A stretch of DNA of 64,000 nt, from assembly GCF_030144855.1 (NCBI RefSeq), contig NC_082730.1, forward strand, positions 15,190,001 to 15,254,000, read 5' to 3'. Under the pieces are notes generated by a model. That model was not told the DNA's origin. It made no database searches and saw only the letters and a program-made list of their open reading frames with translations. Of the stretch, positions 11,256 to 24,780 are shown piece by piece (the stretch's first letter is position 1; each line of letters opens with the position of its first letter). The position numbers and the translations under genes are program-made. This DNA comes from Hypanus sabinus. Taxonomy: Eukaryota.

Positions 11256-12461
11256 GTACCCTCCACTCAATGGGAGCCTCCAAGTGAACCACCAGGCTTG
11301 TCCGGATTGTCGCGATGGAAGTTTTGGATGAGGGAGGGGTCTAAGATGAAGGAGCAGGGGATCCGGGTGTGCTCCTCTGGATCCTATCCCTCCCAATCGA
11401 CGAGGACTGGAAACCCCTGCCTTGGTGGCGCACATCCAGTATTCGCCAGACCGTTTAAGCTGGGTAATCATTGATGACCCGGGCAGGTGGAGGGGGTTCG
11501 GCAGGAGAGCACAAAGGGCTGAGAAACACAGGTTGCAGTTGGGAGATGTGGAACGTGGGATGAATGCAGATGCATCTGGGTAGCTTGAGTTTGACCACCG
11601 AGGGGTCGATGAAGCTCTTGATTTCGAATGTTCCGAGGTAACAAGGTGTGAGTTTCTTGGATTTGGTTTCAAGGGGGATGTCACTTGAAGAGAGCCAGAC
11701 CTTATGACCAGGCTGATAGGTGGATACTGGAATCCGGGTGCGATTTGTGATACTCCGGTTCTGGTCAGCGGAGCAGAGCAGGGCCGAGTGAGCATCCCTC
11801 CAGACCTTGCGGCACCGGCGGAGATGGGCCTGAACTGAAGGCACAGCGATGCCATCTTCGGGCAGGAGAAGGAGGGGTTGATAGCCTAGGAAACATTCGA
11901 AAGGGGACATACCGGTGGTGGCGCTGGTCAGGGAGTTGTGGGCATACTCAATTCAAGTGAGATGTGTGCTCCAGGATGACGGGTTACCGATGGAAATGCA
12001 GCACAGTGCTGCTTCCAAATCCTGATTGGCTAGCTCCATCTGACCATTAGTCTGTGGATGGAAACTGGAAGTCATACTTAGTGAAGCTCCGAAGGCTTGT
12101 CAGAAGGATTTCCAGACTTGGGAGATGAATTGGGGGCTCCGGTCAGAAACGATGTCAGAGGGAATTCCATGAAGGCAGAAGACATGTTGGACAAGGAGGT
12201 CAGCAGTTTCACGGGCCGTAGGGAGTTTGGGAAGGGCTTTGGAAAAACGGTCCACCACGGTGAGTATAGCTGTGTTACCACACGAAGGGGGTAGACCTGT
12301 GACAAAATTGAGAGCTATGTGGGACCAAGGATGGCCAGGGACCGGTAGGGGATGAAGCAGCCCATCAGGTGCCCAAAGGGATTTCCTTTCCACAGGCACA
12401 CACAATACAGGCGGAGATGGAGCGATTGTCAGCATCTATGGTGGCCACCAGAAATGTCGCT

Positions 12462-13577
12462 TCAAAAAGGACAGGGCTCGACCAATTCCAGGATGGCAGG
12501 CAAACCGGAAAGTATGCCCCCACTAGAGAACCTGAGAACGGACAGTGGAAGGCATGAAGTGGCTACCGGGGGGGGGGGGGGTCCATTGCCTGGGTCATGT
12601 TGAGTCCATTGGGCCTCTCTATCTACGGACTCAATCTCCCAGGTGAGGGCAGCCACGACACAGGATGATGGAAGAATGGTATTGGGATTGAAAGGGTCCT
12701 CCTCGGAGACGTACTGACAAGAGAGAGTATCTGGCTTCACGTTCTTGAAACCAAGATGGTAGGTGAGGGTGAAATTGAAGTGGATAAAAAACAGTGCCCA
12801 ATGGGCTTGGCGGGAATTGAGGCATTCAGCTGTCTGAATGTATGCCAGTTTCTTATGATCTGTCCAAACAATGAATGGGTGTTCTGCTCCCTCCAGCCAG
12901 TGCCTCTCCTCTTCCAAGGTGAATTTGATGGCCAGCAACTCACGGTTCCCAATGTCGTAGTTCCATTCAGCAGGGATAGACAGCGAGAGAAGAAGGCGCA
13001 GGGATGGAGCTTTTGGTCCAGGACAGAGCATTGAGAGGACCACCCCCACCCCAGTGTCGGAGGCGTCCACTTCATCTATGAACTGGTGAGGTGGGTCAGG
13101 CTGGACCAGGATGGGAGCGGAGGTGAAACGCCTCTTAATCTCTGAGAAGGCTGAGTCCGCTTCGGTGGTCCAGTGGAAGAGGGTCGCAGGAGAGGTGAGA
13201 TGAGTAAGGGGCGCTGCCACCCGGCTGTAGTCCCTAATGAAGTGACAGTAGAAACTGGTGAATCCCAGAAATTGCTGGAGTTGTTTAAGCGTCGTGGGTT
13301 TCGGATCCGCCCTCACCTGCCCACTCTCAATGATATACCCCAGGAAACTGATGGAGTGGGCATGGAATTCACACTTCTCAGCCTTAACAAATAGTTTGTT
13401 ATCCAAAAGCCTCTGAAGAACCTGGCAGACATGATGGGTGTGCACATGGAGGTAACAGGAGAAGATTAGGATATTGTCCAGATAAACAAAAACAAATCGA
13501 TTGATGAAGTCCCTAAGTACATCATTGAACAGAGCCTGGAACACCGTGGGAGCACTGGATAGGCCAAAAGGCATCAC
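12462..13577 (-). pseudogene. Gypsy pol RT-RNase H fragment (371 aa track ORF)
   Basis: [46 protein letters not shown] and WTDHKKL motifs; neighbouring parts of pol are frameshifted. Confidence 0.9.
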
Positions 13578-15035
13578 AAGGTATTCAAAATGACCGAGGG
13601 GTTGTTAAAGGCTGTCTTCCATTCATCTCGCTCCCGTGTCCTGACCAGGTGATAGGCATTCCGCAAGTCCAATTTAGAGAATACTGTGGCTCCAAGAAGC
13701 CGCTCGAATGCAGAGTTGAAAAGGGGCAGGGGATACTTATTCTTTATGGTAATGTTGTTCAGGCCATGGTAGTCAATGCTTGGGTGTAGCGATCCTTCTT
13801 CCTTCTCCACAAAGAAGAAACCAGCGCCTACAGGGGAAGATGAGTATCAGATGATGACAGCCGCGAGCGAGTCATTTACGTACATCTCCATAGCTACTCA
13901 TTCTGGTCTGGACAGTTTGTACAGCCGACTGGTGGGTAACGAGGCTCGGGGGAGAAGGTCAATTGCACAATCATAAGGGCAATGTGGAGGCAGAGAGAGG
14001 GCCTTTTGCTTACTAAACACCTCTCCAAGATCATGATATTCTACAGGAACGGTGGGCAAGTCGGGGGGCTCAGAGGCGGACAAAGTCGCAATGACCACCA
14101 CTGGGGGAGGGGCTGATTACAGGCAAGCGGAATGGCAGAACAAGCTCCAGTTGACTATCTTCTCGGTGGACCAGTCGATGTGGGGGTTATGACGACTTAG
14201 CCAGAGTGGCTGAGAACTAAAGGGGCTTGAGGAGAGGAAATTAAGTTGAATCGCACCTGTTCCTGATGGTTTCCGGAGAGAAGGAGAAGCAGGGGTTCAG
14301 TGCAGTGTATGACTCAGTGTAGGAGTCTACCGTTCAGTGCCCGAGCATCCCACAGCGTATACAGAGGCTCACGAGGAATACCAGCTTGGAGGGCTAGGTT
14401 TTCGTCCATGAAGTTTCACTCTGCATCAGAGTCCACTAGCACCAGCAGAGGCGAGGACAGATGGTTGTAACACAGAGTGGCTTGAAGCTGCATCCGGGGT
14501 CTGGGAACAAAAGGGAAGGTTCTCTGGCTCACCAGGGACCCCCGTTACTGGTGAGCATTCTCTTTTGACCAAAGGGTGCAGGTGGCAAGGAAGTGGCCGG
14601 ACTGACCGCAATATGGGCACTCGCCCGCTCATTCTCCGGAGACATTCAGTGGGAGAAAGGTGGGTCCACACCAGCTGCATTGGTTCCTCTTCTGGAGCAG
14701 TTGAAATGGCAAGGCTGGGAGCTTCTTGAGGTGCAGAAGGAGGAGAGAGGCTTGTTCTGCCGGGAGGCGCTAAAGAACGCCGAGAAGTGACCAAAGGTGG
14801 TGGACGACCAGTTCTCTCTCTATGGCGCTCTCAGAGGTGATTGTCCAACCTGGTGGCCAGGGAGATCAAGGAATCCAAGCTGTCGGAGTTCTCTCGTCAT
14901 CAACTCATCCTTCACAAGGATGCAGAGTCCATTCAGAAAAAGAACCAGGAGCGACTTATCGTTCTACCCCGAGTCGGCTGCTAACGTCCAGAACTCCACT
15001 GAATATTCAGCAACACTGCGGGAGCCCTAGCAGAG

Positions 15036-17076
15036 AATGGGTAACCATACAACAATTACAGCATGGAAAAAGGCCCTTCTAGTCCGTGCCAAACACTTAC
15101 TCTCAGCTAGTCCCACCTACCTACACTCAGCCCATAACCCTCCATTCCTTTCCTGTTGTTAAGGATCCGGCCTGAACACGGAGTCGAAGGGCCGCTGCAG
15201 ATAGCCCTGGACCACGACATCCCTTAATTTCTGCCTCCTTTCACCTGGCCATGTGGGTTTTGACCCAGCCACTTTCCTGATTGGACTTTCGCCAATTATC
15301 CACTTATCTCCTCACCAGCACCCAGCTGTTTCTGTTTTCACTCATTACCCGGTCCATTTAAACCCTGCCTTGACTCACATTCTCTGCCAGTTTGTCCCAG
15401 CTCTGACCTGAGTCACTCTAGCCTGCCATTGCGACTACTGCCACTGATTTTGCTGAACTCTGTGTTTCTGGATTTTGCCTGTTTTGGAACCTGATTTTTG
15501 CCTGTGCGCTCTGACTCGTCTGCCCTCGCCGGACTGCCTTTCTCGGGTTAGACCTCCGCCTGCCATTCTGGATTCGTGCCTGCCTCCTATTTATGAAAGA
15601 CTGTTGACCTTATGCTCCCTAATAAATCCTGGTAAAGGAGCATTTGTTGGCCTGCACTTGAGTCCTACCATAACCTGACCCCTCCTGACACCTGTCCATA
15701 TACCTATCCAATTTTACTTTAAATGACAATATCAAACCTGCCTCTACCACATCTACTGGAAGCTCATTCCACACAGCTACCACTCTCTGAGTAAAGAAAT
15801 TCCTCCTTGTATTACCCCTAAACTTTTGCCCCTTAACTCACAACTCATGTCCTCTTGTTTGAATCTCCCCTACTCTCAATGGAAAAAGACTGTCCACGTC
15901 AACTCTATCTATTCCCCTCATAATTTTAAATACCTCTATCAAGTCCCCCCTTAACCTTCTCTGCTCCAAAGAATAAAGACCTAACTTGTTCAACCTTTCC
16001 CTGTAACGTGGGTGCTGAAACCCAGGTAACATTCTTGTAAGTCTCCTCTGTACTCTCTATTTTGTTGACATCTTTCCTGGAATTCGGTGACCAGAACTGT
16101 ACACAATACTCCAAATTTGGCCTCACCACTGCCTTGTACAATTTTAACATTACAACCCAACTCCAATGTTCTGATTTACAAAGCTTTCTTCACCCTATCC
16201 ACATGAGATTCCACCTTCAGGGACCTATGCACCATTATTTCTAGATCACTCTGTTCTACTGCATTCCTCAATGCCCTACCACTTACCATGTATGTCCAAT
16301 TTTGATTAGTCCTACCAAAATGGAGCACCTCATACTTATCAGCATTAAACTCCATCTGCCATCTTTCCGCCCACTCTTCTAACTGGCCTAAATCTCTCTG
16401 CAAGCTTTGAAAACCTACTTCATTATCCACAACGCCACAATCTTAGTATCAACTGCATACTTACTAATCCAATTTATCACCGCATCATCCAGATCATTAA
16501 TGTACATGACAAACAACATTGGACCCAGTACAGATCCCTGAGGCACGCCACTAGTCACCAGCCTCCAACCCAACAAACAGTTAACCACCACTACTCTCTG
16601 ACATCTCCCACCTAGCCACTGTTGAATCCATTTCACTACTTTAATATTAATACCTAATGATTGAACCTTCCTAACTAACCTGCTGTGTGGAACCTTGTCA
16701 AAGGCCTTACTGAAGTCCATATAGACAACATCCACTGCTTTATCCCTGTCAACTTTCCGAGTTTTTTTCATTCAAAAAATTCAGTAAGATTTGTCAAACA
16801 TGACCTTCCACACACAAGTCCATGTTGACTGTTCCTAATCAGCCCCTGTCTATCCAGATAATTGTACATACCATCTCTAAGAATACTTTCCATTAATTTA
16901 CCCAACACTGACGTCAAACTGACAGGCCAAAAATTGCTTGATTTACTCGTAGAACCCTTTTAAAACTATGGAACCACATGAGCAATACACCAATCCTCCG
17001 GCACCATCCCCGTTTCTAATGACATTTGAAATATTTCTGTCAGAGCCCCTGCTATTTCTACACTAACTTCCCTGAA
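15036..17076 (-). mobile_element. CR1 LINE, 5'-truncated, inserted into the gypsy gag gene
   Basis: RT motifs ([42 protein letters not shown]) and a GTAACCAT-type tail. Gag reads ..DAAKCLL on one side and resumes GSRSVAEYSVEFWTLAADSG on the other. Confidence 0.9.
15157..15690 (+). mobile_element. Solo LTR inserted in the CR1 3' end
   Basis: TGTTAAG...CTGACA termini, 5-bp TSD CCTGT at 15152-15156 and 15691-15695, and internal TATA-like (TTTAAA) and AATAAA signals. Confidence 0.85.
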
Positions 17077-17620
17077 GTAGACATTTGGCAGCGTCTTTAC
17101 CTCGGACGGGGTGATCGAAGATTTTTCTCATTTCCGCAATGAAACTGCTGGAAGAGGAGCAAGTATCTGGTTGGTTGTCACAAACTGCTGCGGCCCACGC
17201 TAATGCGCTCCCCCGCAGCAACCTCATGACATAAGCAATTTTAGACTTATCTGTGGAGTAAGTCGACGACTGCTGTTCATATACCAGGGAGCGCTGAAGG
17301 AGGAAACCCCAGCACTTCCCCAATTCTCCCTCGTAGTGCTCTGGCTCTGGTATGTGAGGCTCTCGGGGCGGGGGTGTAAGTGAATTTTGGGCGGTTGCCG
17401 CTACAGGCTGTCTGGGCTGGCTAGGCTGGGTTCCAGGAGTGGGTTGAGTAATATGAGTGGAGACACGGTCCATCGGTTCCCGATCTGTGTGACGTGAGCA
17501 GATGGGGATCTCCATGACCTCCAGGAGGAGTTGGTTGTGCTGTCCTAGTAGGGAACCCTGTCTGGCAAGGGTTTGTTGAATATTATTATATCCATTGGGT
17601 CCATGGTGGCAAGACTGTGC

Positions 17621-18016
17621 TGTTGCGTAGAACAGATGAACCCAAACGCAGGACATTGGCACGGAGTTAGAGTTGGGATGCAGATGAGGGCATGAGCATG
17701 ACTGGAGTTGAATAGCAAACAGGAGGATGAACAGAAAGGCAGATGGCAGGCAATGCTTCCCTTGACATGGAGGGACAGAGATAACACAGGCAAACCATTG
17801 TGCTGAAAGAAAACTTAGAATACACAATCCTAAGTGGCCGGGAACGTGAATTACCACACTGGCTGAAACAACGATCTGGTGATGAGTGGACGCAAAGCCG
17901 GAGTATTTATGCACCAGGTTTAGATGAGAATCAGGTGCCACAATCAAGGAGCCCGGGAGTACAGGGGGAAAAGGGAATTAGGAGAATATGAGGGATCAAC
18001 AGTCAGGAACATGACA
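17621..18016 (-). repeat. 5' LTR of the gypsy element
   Basis: On the minus strand it is followed by a short leader and the gag ATG (ATGGACCCA). Confidence 0.92.
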
Positions 18017-18174
18017 TTGCATTTCTTTTGTGTCAGATCCAATGTGATAATAATTTTGTTCTCCTTTACACTTGTGTACAGTAAATGACATGAAATAATC
18101 TAGAATCTTGCATCTCCCTGTGTTGATTTGATTTTACCTGTGCATTTTCTGAGAAACTTCTCCTTCAGTTTCAG

Positions 18175-18489
18175 GTGCTTTATGGGCAGAAGATAAAGTA
18201 AGAGGTGTTGTGGGAAGAACAGTCACAATCAATTGTCACTATGCACCAATGTACCGTTCACACACAAAGTACTTCTGCCACATGTGGAGTCGCCAATGCA
18301 CATCATTAGTGACTACAAATGGGACAAATGAGCAGTATGGAAGTACGACAATCCGAGATAACACATTCCAGGGAATATTTACTGTTACTATGGAGCATCT
18401 TTTCTCTAATGATAAAGGAATTTACAGATGTGGAATTACAACATCTGGCAATCATCCAGTGTTTGACGTGCATCTACAAGTATCTGACG
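18175..18489 (+). CDS. Exon V2: second CD300/pIgR-type V domain (internal type)
   Basis: Acceptor cttcag|tttcag| (alternative start 18169), donor |gtaggt, 315 nt, phase 1-1, open frame. Translation ALWAEDKVRGVVGRTVTINCHY..KYFCHMWSRQC..DKGIYRCG..VHLQVSD. Confidence 0.92.
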
Positions 18490-18889
18490 GTAGGTTTCTC
18501 ATTGATTGACTTGATGCCTCCACTGAAATGTCTGATTCATATTTTCTCTGGGAACAGTCAGTGCAGCAGGAATATCCTGACACTCCACAACAGTACAGAG
18601 CCCTGCAGCGAGTTGACAAGGGTAAAGAAACCCCTGTCATGTTGCTCTCACGCAGTGTAGGGTCTAACCCACTGATGGGACATCAATTTCCAGGGGAAAG
18701 CTCAGTGTATTTTCCTGCCTCTGAACTCCATGAAATGACACTGTCAGAGGAGGAGGCCTTTGCTATCCTGAGGATCTATCCCCAGGGCCTGCTAAGGTGT
18801 TCCCTTGGACCTCATGGGAGACACGTGCAGAAAATACCTGGGCCCTTACAAACATATTTAAACTATTCTTAGCAACAGGATAGGTACCC

Positions 18890-19140
18890 AAGGATCAGAG
18901 AGTAGCCAATGTTGTTCTGCTGCTTAAAAAAGGCTCTAAGCATAAATTAAGAAATTGTAGGGCAGTGACTATTCTAAGTGACAGGATAGAGAGATCATAT
19001 TTGGATAGACATGGGCTGCTTAAGAATAGTGAGCATGTCTTCAAGTGTGGTAGTACATGTCTAATCAAACTTACAGATTTTATCGAGGAGGTTACCAGGA
19101 AAGTGGATCAAGGGAAGGCAGTGGATGTTGTTTATGTACA
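18890..19140 (+). mobile_element. Degenerate CR1 RT fragment shared with the duplicated block (about 36690 onward)
   Basis: ANVVLLLKKG and EVTRKVDQGKAVDVVY-like remnants. Confidence 0.7.
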
Positions 19141-19496
19141 TTTATAGCAAAGCATTTACCCTCTCCTAAACATCCACATCCATTCATTCTAATGAAACTC
19201 CAAACCTCATGCAATAAAGGACTGTACACCATTTGCTCTTCTTACAAACTGTCATGCAAAAACATTTTTTCAATTTGTTTACAAGACACCTGCATGCCTG
19301 TTTCTCGCATTTGCAATTTTTAAAATGTACTGTGGATAACAGTCTGTTTTTAGCTTCCTTATATTGAGGTTCATAACCTCATACTGTCCCATTGACCATG
19401 TCTTGGCTCCACATTCATCTATCTATATACAGTTGGGGAGCCCTGCTATCATCATAAAACCACACATAATTATGTCATTGCTAATGTCGTGTTTAC

Positions 19497-22400
19497 TTTT
19501 CTTTCTTTTTTAAATATTTGTATTGATCTCTTACAAAAAAGAATACAGAGAACAGGAGGATATATATCAGATATCAATTACAATATATGTGAATCACACT
19601 TATAGTCTCATTACCTCATATTCATGTAAATTAAATTGAATTGTAATATTAATAAGTAATAATTTTATTATACCAAAAAAAATCTAAACCCACTACCAAG
19701 AAAAGTTCTTTGGTAAAGAAAGAAAAAAGCAAAACAAATCCTTATCATATAGTAAAACATATTATTAGCCAACATCCGCACTTGATAACAAATCAAAGAT
19801 TTTGAAAATAATTCAAAAAGGTCCCTACAATGTTAGAAACGCTTGACCTGATTCAGAAATTGAACAACGAATCTTCTCTAAATTCACATAACATTGCTTA
19901 GCCATTGAGTATGAGTAGGCAGAGCAACATCCTTCTACCAAAGCAACAGTGTCCTTCGAGCAAAAAGAGAAATAAAAGCTAAATGTGCAAGTCAGGTGTC
20001 TCCAAGATAATATCTTTTCCTCCAACAATACAGAATAATGCAATCAAAAGGATTGGTTTAAAATTTACTTTAAAAAGTACAGAAAAAGTTTGAAATACTT
20101 CCTTCCAATATTTTTCAAGACTCGGACATTTCCAGAACAGATGAATTAATGAAACTTCTCCATTGTTACATCTGTCACAAGAGGGAGATATATCCGAATA
20201 AAAACAAGACAGTTTATCTTTAGTCATGTGGGCCATATGGACCACTTCAAATTTTAGGAGGGAGTGACTGACACACAACGATGAGATATTAACCAATTTA
20301 AAAATTTCATTCCAAGTTTTCTCAGAAATTGAAGTCTGTAAATCTTGTTTCCAGTGATTTTTAATTTTGTCTAAAGGAATGTTTCTCATTCCCAACATCA
20401 TACCATAAATAATAGATATTGATACATTATGAAAAGTTTTCAAATTAAAAATTACATCTATTAAATTCTTATCAGGACTTTTAGGAAATGTATGTAATTG
20501 AGATCGCAGAAAGTCTTTAATTTGTAAATATCAAAAAAATGGGTTTTTGGTAAGCAATATTTTGTTGAATACTACTCAAATGAAAAGAGACTTCCTCCAA
20601 CAAATAACTCCAGGAAGCATTTAAGATCCAGTCTACCCCAATCTATAAAAATTACATCAGTCATAGAAGGTTTAAAAAAATAGAAAAAATGGGACTGGAA
20701 AGAGAAAATCTGAAAAACCAAAATATTTTCTAAATTGTACCCAAATTCTCAAAGTATGTTTAATATATTTAACTACAAAACTATCAGTTAGTTTACTTAA
20801 AAAATAAAGGAATTGAGGATCCAAGAAGAGAGCTGATAGAAAATTTATTAACAGAGTTAGCTTCTAAAGAAACCCAAACCAGTCAATACTTCCAGTTAAT
20901 ATAACTAAAATGTGATGTTCCATATATTGAACGCCCAGTGATAAAACCTAAAATTTGTTAAAGCTAAATCTCTATTCTTTTTAGCTTTTTGAAGATGAAT
21001 TTTATTTAGTCGAGTGTTTATTTTTCCATATATCTAAAGATATGATAGAATCAAGAGAATCAAAAAAAGATTTAGGAATAAATACATGTAAGGCCTAAAA
21101 CAGGTATTTAAAAAAAAGGCAAGATATTCACTTTAATAGAATTAATTTGGCCAATCAATGATAATGCTTGACTAATCTGTTGGAGTTTTTTGAGGGTGTA
21201 ACAAGAATGTTAGATGAGGGTAAGCCAGTAGATGTTGTGTACCTAGATTTTCAGAAGGCATTCGATAAGGTGCCACATAGGAGATTGGTGAGTAAAATGG
21301 CATTGGGGACAGGGTTTCAACATGGATAGAAAACTGGTTGGCAGATAGAAAGCAAAGGGTAGCAGTGAATGGGTGTTTCTCAGACTGGCTGGAGGTGACT
21401 AGTGGGGTACCACAGGGCTCTGTATTGGGACCACAGCTCTTTACGATTTATGTCAATGATTTAGATGAGGGCATTGAAAACTATATCAGCAAGTTTGCTG
21501 ACGATACTAAACTGGGTGGCAGTGTGACATGCGAAGAGGACGTTAGGAGAATACAGGGAGACTTGGATAGGCTGAGTGAGTGGGCAGATACTTGGCAGAT
21601 GTCATTCAATGTGAATAAATGTGAAGTTATCCACTTTGGAAGCAGGAACAAGAGGGCAGAGTATTGTCTGAATGGTGTAGAGTTAGGTAAGGGAGAAATG
21701 CAAAGAGACCTAGGAGTCCTAGTTCACCAGTCAATGAAGGTGAATGAGCAAGTGCAACAGGCAGTGAAGAGGGCAAATGGAATGTTGGCCTTTGTTACAA
21801 GGGGAATTGAATACAAGAGCAAGAATGTTCTTTTGCATTTGTACAGGGCCCTGGTGAGACCACACCTGGAATATTGTGTACAGTTTTGGTCTCCAGGTTT
21901 AAGGAAGGACATTCTGGCAATTGAGGAAGTGCAGCGTAGATTCACTAGGTTGATTCCTGGGATGGCAGGGCTGTCTTACGCAGAGAGATTGGAGAGATTG
22001 GGCTTGTACACGCTGGAATTGAGGAGATTGAGAGGGGATCTGATTGAAACATTTAAGATAATTAAAGGATTTGATAGGATTGAGGCAGGAAATATGTTCC
22101 AGATGTTGGGAGAGTCCAGTACCAGAGGGCATGGATTGAGAATAAGAGGTCAGTTATTTAAAACAGAGTTGAGGAAGAGCTTCTTCTCCCAGAGAGTTGT
22201 GGAGGTGTGGAATGCACTGCCTCGGAAGACGGTGGAGGCCAATTCTCTGGATGCTTTCAAGAAGGAGCTGGATAGATATCTGATGGATAGGGGAATCAAG
22301 GGATATGGGGACAAGGCAGGGACTGGGTATTGATAGTGAATGATCAGCCATGATCTCAGAATGGCGGTGCAGACTCGAGAGGCCGAATGGTCTACTTCTG

Positions 22401-24780
22401 CACCTATTGTCTATTGTCTATAATGAAAGTGGCGACCATTTTGATAGTGCCCTTTTTACATAATTCAGCAAGGTAAAAAAATGTTCTTTAAATAAGTTTT
22501 TATACTTCTTAGTAATTGTTAGACCCAGATAAGTAAATTGATTTCTTACAATTTTAAAAGCAAGGTTAGTATTAACTGATACCAAATTATTCAAAGAAAA
22601 ATGTTCAATCTTTTGAAAATTTAGTTTATATCCTGAAAATTGACTAAAACAGGAGAGTAAGGAAAGTATGGAAGGTAATGAAGTTTCAACATTAGAAATA
22701 TAAAGCAAAAGGTCATCAGCTAAAGCGAAACTTGTGAGTAATACCTCTCCTTAAAATACCAGTGATATCTTTATATTCTCGGAGAGCAATAGCAAAGGGT
22801 TCTAAAGCCAGATCAAACAGCAAAGGGCTCAAGGGACAACCTGGTCTAGTTCCATGTTGAAGTTTAAATGTTTTGGAATTCTGAAAGTTAGTTAGAATGC
22901 GAGAAGAGGGAGATAAATAAAGTAATTTAGTCCATTAAATAAAATCGGGTCCAAAATTAAATTTTTCTGACATTTTAAATAAGTAATTCCATTCAAACCA
23001 ATCAAAGGGTTTCTCAGCATCTAAGGATATTACACATTCCAATATCTCTTTAGAAACAGAATAAATAACATTTAATAAATGACAAATATTCAAATGGGAA
23101 TATTGATTTTTAATAAATCCAGTCTGATCATCAGAAATAATAGATGGTAAAATAATTTTAATCCTACAAACTAGAAGTTTGGATGGAATTTTTGTGTCAA
23201 CATTAAGTAAGGAGATAGGTCTATATGAAGAACATTCAGTTGGGTTCTTATTCTTTTTAAGAATAAGCAAAATAAGTTTCATATAAATATTATGGCAGCC
23301 TACCCAATTTAAAGGAGTCTGAAAGGACTAAATAAAAATGAGGTATAACCAATGAGGAAAAATCCTTATAAAATGCTCCAGAAAAACAGTCAGGACCTGG
23401 AGCGTTCCCCGAGTGCAATGAACATACAGCCTCAGCAATTTCCTCATAAGAAATAGGATGATCCAACTGTTTTTGTTTAACATCAGAAAGTGTAGGGATG
23501 TTTAATTGATCTAAGAAATTATTCATTACAATATTATCTTTAGGAGAATCAGAACTATACAATTTAGAGTAAAATTCTCTAAAGGTATCATTTATTATTA
23601 AATGGTCAGTTGTCCTATCACCATTAGCTTTACAGATTTCTTTAATTTGCCATTTAACTTCAAAAGTTTTTAACTAGTTAGCCAATAATTTACCTGTTTT
23701 GGCTCCATGAATATAAAATTGACTTTTATCTTTTAGGAGTTGAGTTTCAATTGGATATGTGAAAAGAAGATCATATTTAGTTTTAATTTCAACATGCATT
23801 TTATGTAAAGCAGGTTCTGGAGCCAAGGCATATTTTTGATCTAATTGTTTCAAATGATTAGTTAGTTCAATTTACTCTTTATTAGCTTTTTTTCTTAACA
23901 CTCGTAGTATAAGAAATAATTTGTCCTCTAATATAAACCTTGTAGGCATCCCATATAATGAGACCTGAAGTCTCTTCCAGCGTACTCTCTTCAAAATAAA
24001 AGAATTATTTGTCTCCCAAAATTTTTTAAAATCCTTATCTGATAGCAAAGTTGGATTAAAATGCCAAAATCTGTTTATTTGAAGGAAACCAAGGAGATTT
24101 AAAGATAAGTACACAGGAGCATGGATCTGAAACAACAATCTCTTTGTATTCACAGGATTGAAGTAAAGGAATCAATTGGCTGTCAGTAAAAAATAATCAA
24201 TCCTAGCAAATGTATGATGCACAAGGGGAGAAAATGAGTACTCTTTATCTATTGGATGTAAGAAATGCCAGACATCAACAATATCACACTTCATTAGAAA
24301 AGATTGAATAAACAAGGCTGATTTAATAAGTATTGTTAGCTTAGAAGATGGTCAATCTAATACTGGGTCTAGCCAACAATTAAAATCTCCACCCAAGACC
24401 AATGAGTAAATACTTAGATCAGGTAAAAGCGAAAAAAAGCTCAAAAAGCCCTGGATCATCAATATTCAGGGCACACCATTAATTTATTATCTAGATTTCC
24501 TGATACTTTAACAAAATGTCCATTGTTATGAGACACTACTTTGTGTTGAACAAAAGAAACTATATTATCTATAAAAATCAAAACACCGCAAGACTTAGCC
24601 TGAAAGGATGAATTAAAGTTGATGTTCTTTCCAATGACTGAAGAGGTGTAAATTATCACATTTATGAATGTGAGTTTCTTGGAAACAGCAAAGTAAGTAA
24701 GATAGGAGAAGCTAGAAAAAGCTGTTTTTCCATCAACAACCAGTAGGCATCTTGAAAAGGTTACTTGAAAACAAACCAAA
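19497..24780 (-). mobile_element. Old L1 ORF2 copy with 3' end, heavily mutated, split by a CR1
   Basis: T-rich tail at about 19500. Fragments include CDRCNNGEVSLIHLFWKC (zinc knuckle), SYRPISLLNVDTKI, SLDAEKPFD, GFKPGLLGC and endonuclease remnants near 24500-24750. Possible ORF1 remnants extend to about 25390. Confidence 0.88.
21167..22419 (+). mobile_element. 5'-truncated CR1 with a largely open RT C-terminus (track ORF 21338-22333)
   Basis: [17 protein letters not shown] and RPHLEYCVQFWSP motifs, a (CTATTGT)n tail, and TSD ATAATG at 21161-21166 and 22420-22425. The host L1 reading LSKWSPLSL/SLIGQINSIK rejoins across it. Confidence 0.93.

Larger units (their letters stand above)
10859..18016 (-). 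mobile_element. Ty3/gypsy chromovirus (sushi-like) LTR retrotransposon, full length but decayed
   Basis: LTRs at 17621-18016 (5') and 10859-11255 (3'), with 5-bp TSD TTGCA at 10854-10858 and 18017-18021. A purine tract (GGAGGGTAC) precedes the 3' LTR. Gag (EPEHYEG, AYVMRLLRGSALAW), protease (LVDSDA), RT ([14 protein letters not shown]), RNase H ([15 protein letters not shown]), integrase (GPY-like CYLGTF) and a C-terminal chromodomain are all present with frameshifts and stops. The empty site exists in the duplicated block at about 35880. Confidence 0.95.

Noticed and set aside
14800-17603. Gypsy gag as a domesticated PEG10/RTL-like gene
   Set aside because: It is frameshifted, contains stops, is split by a CR1 and is still bounded by LTRs and a TSD.
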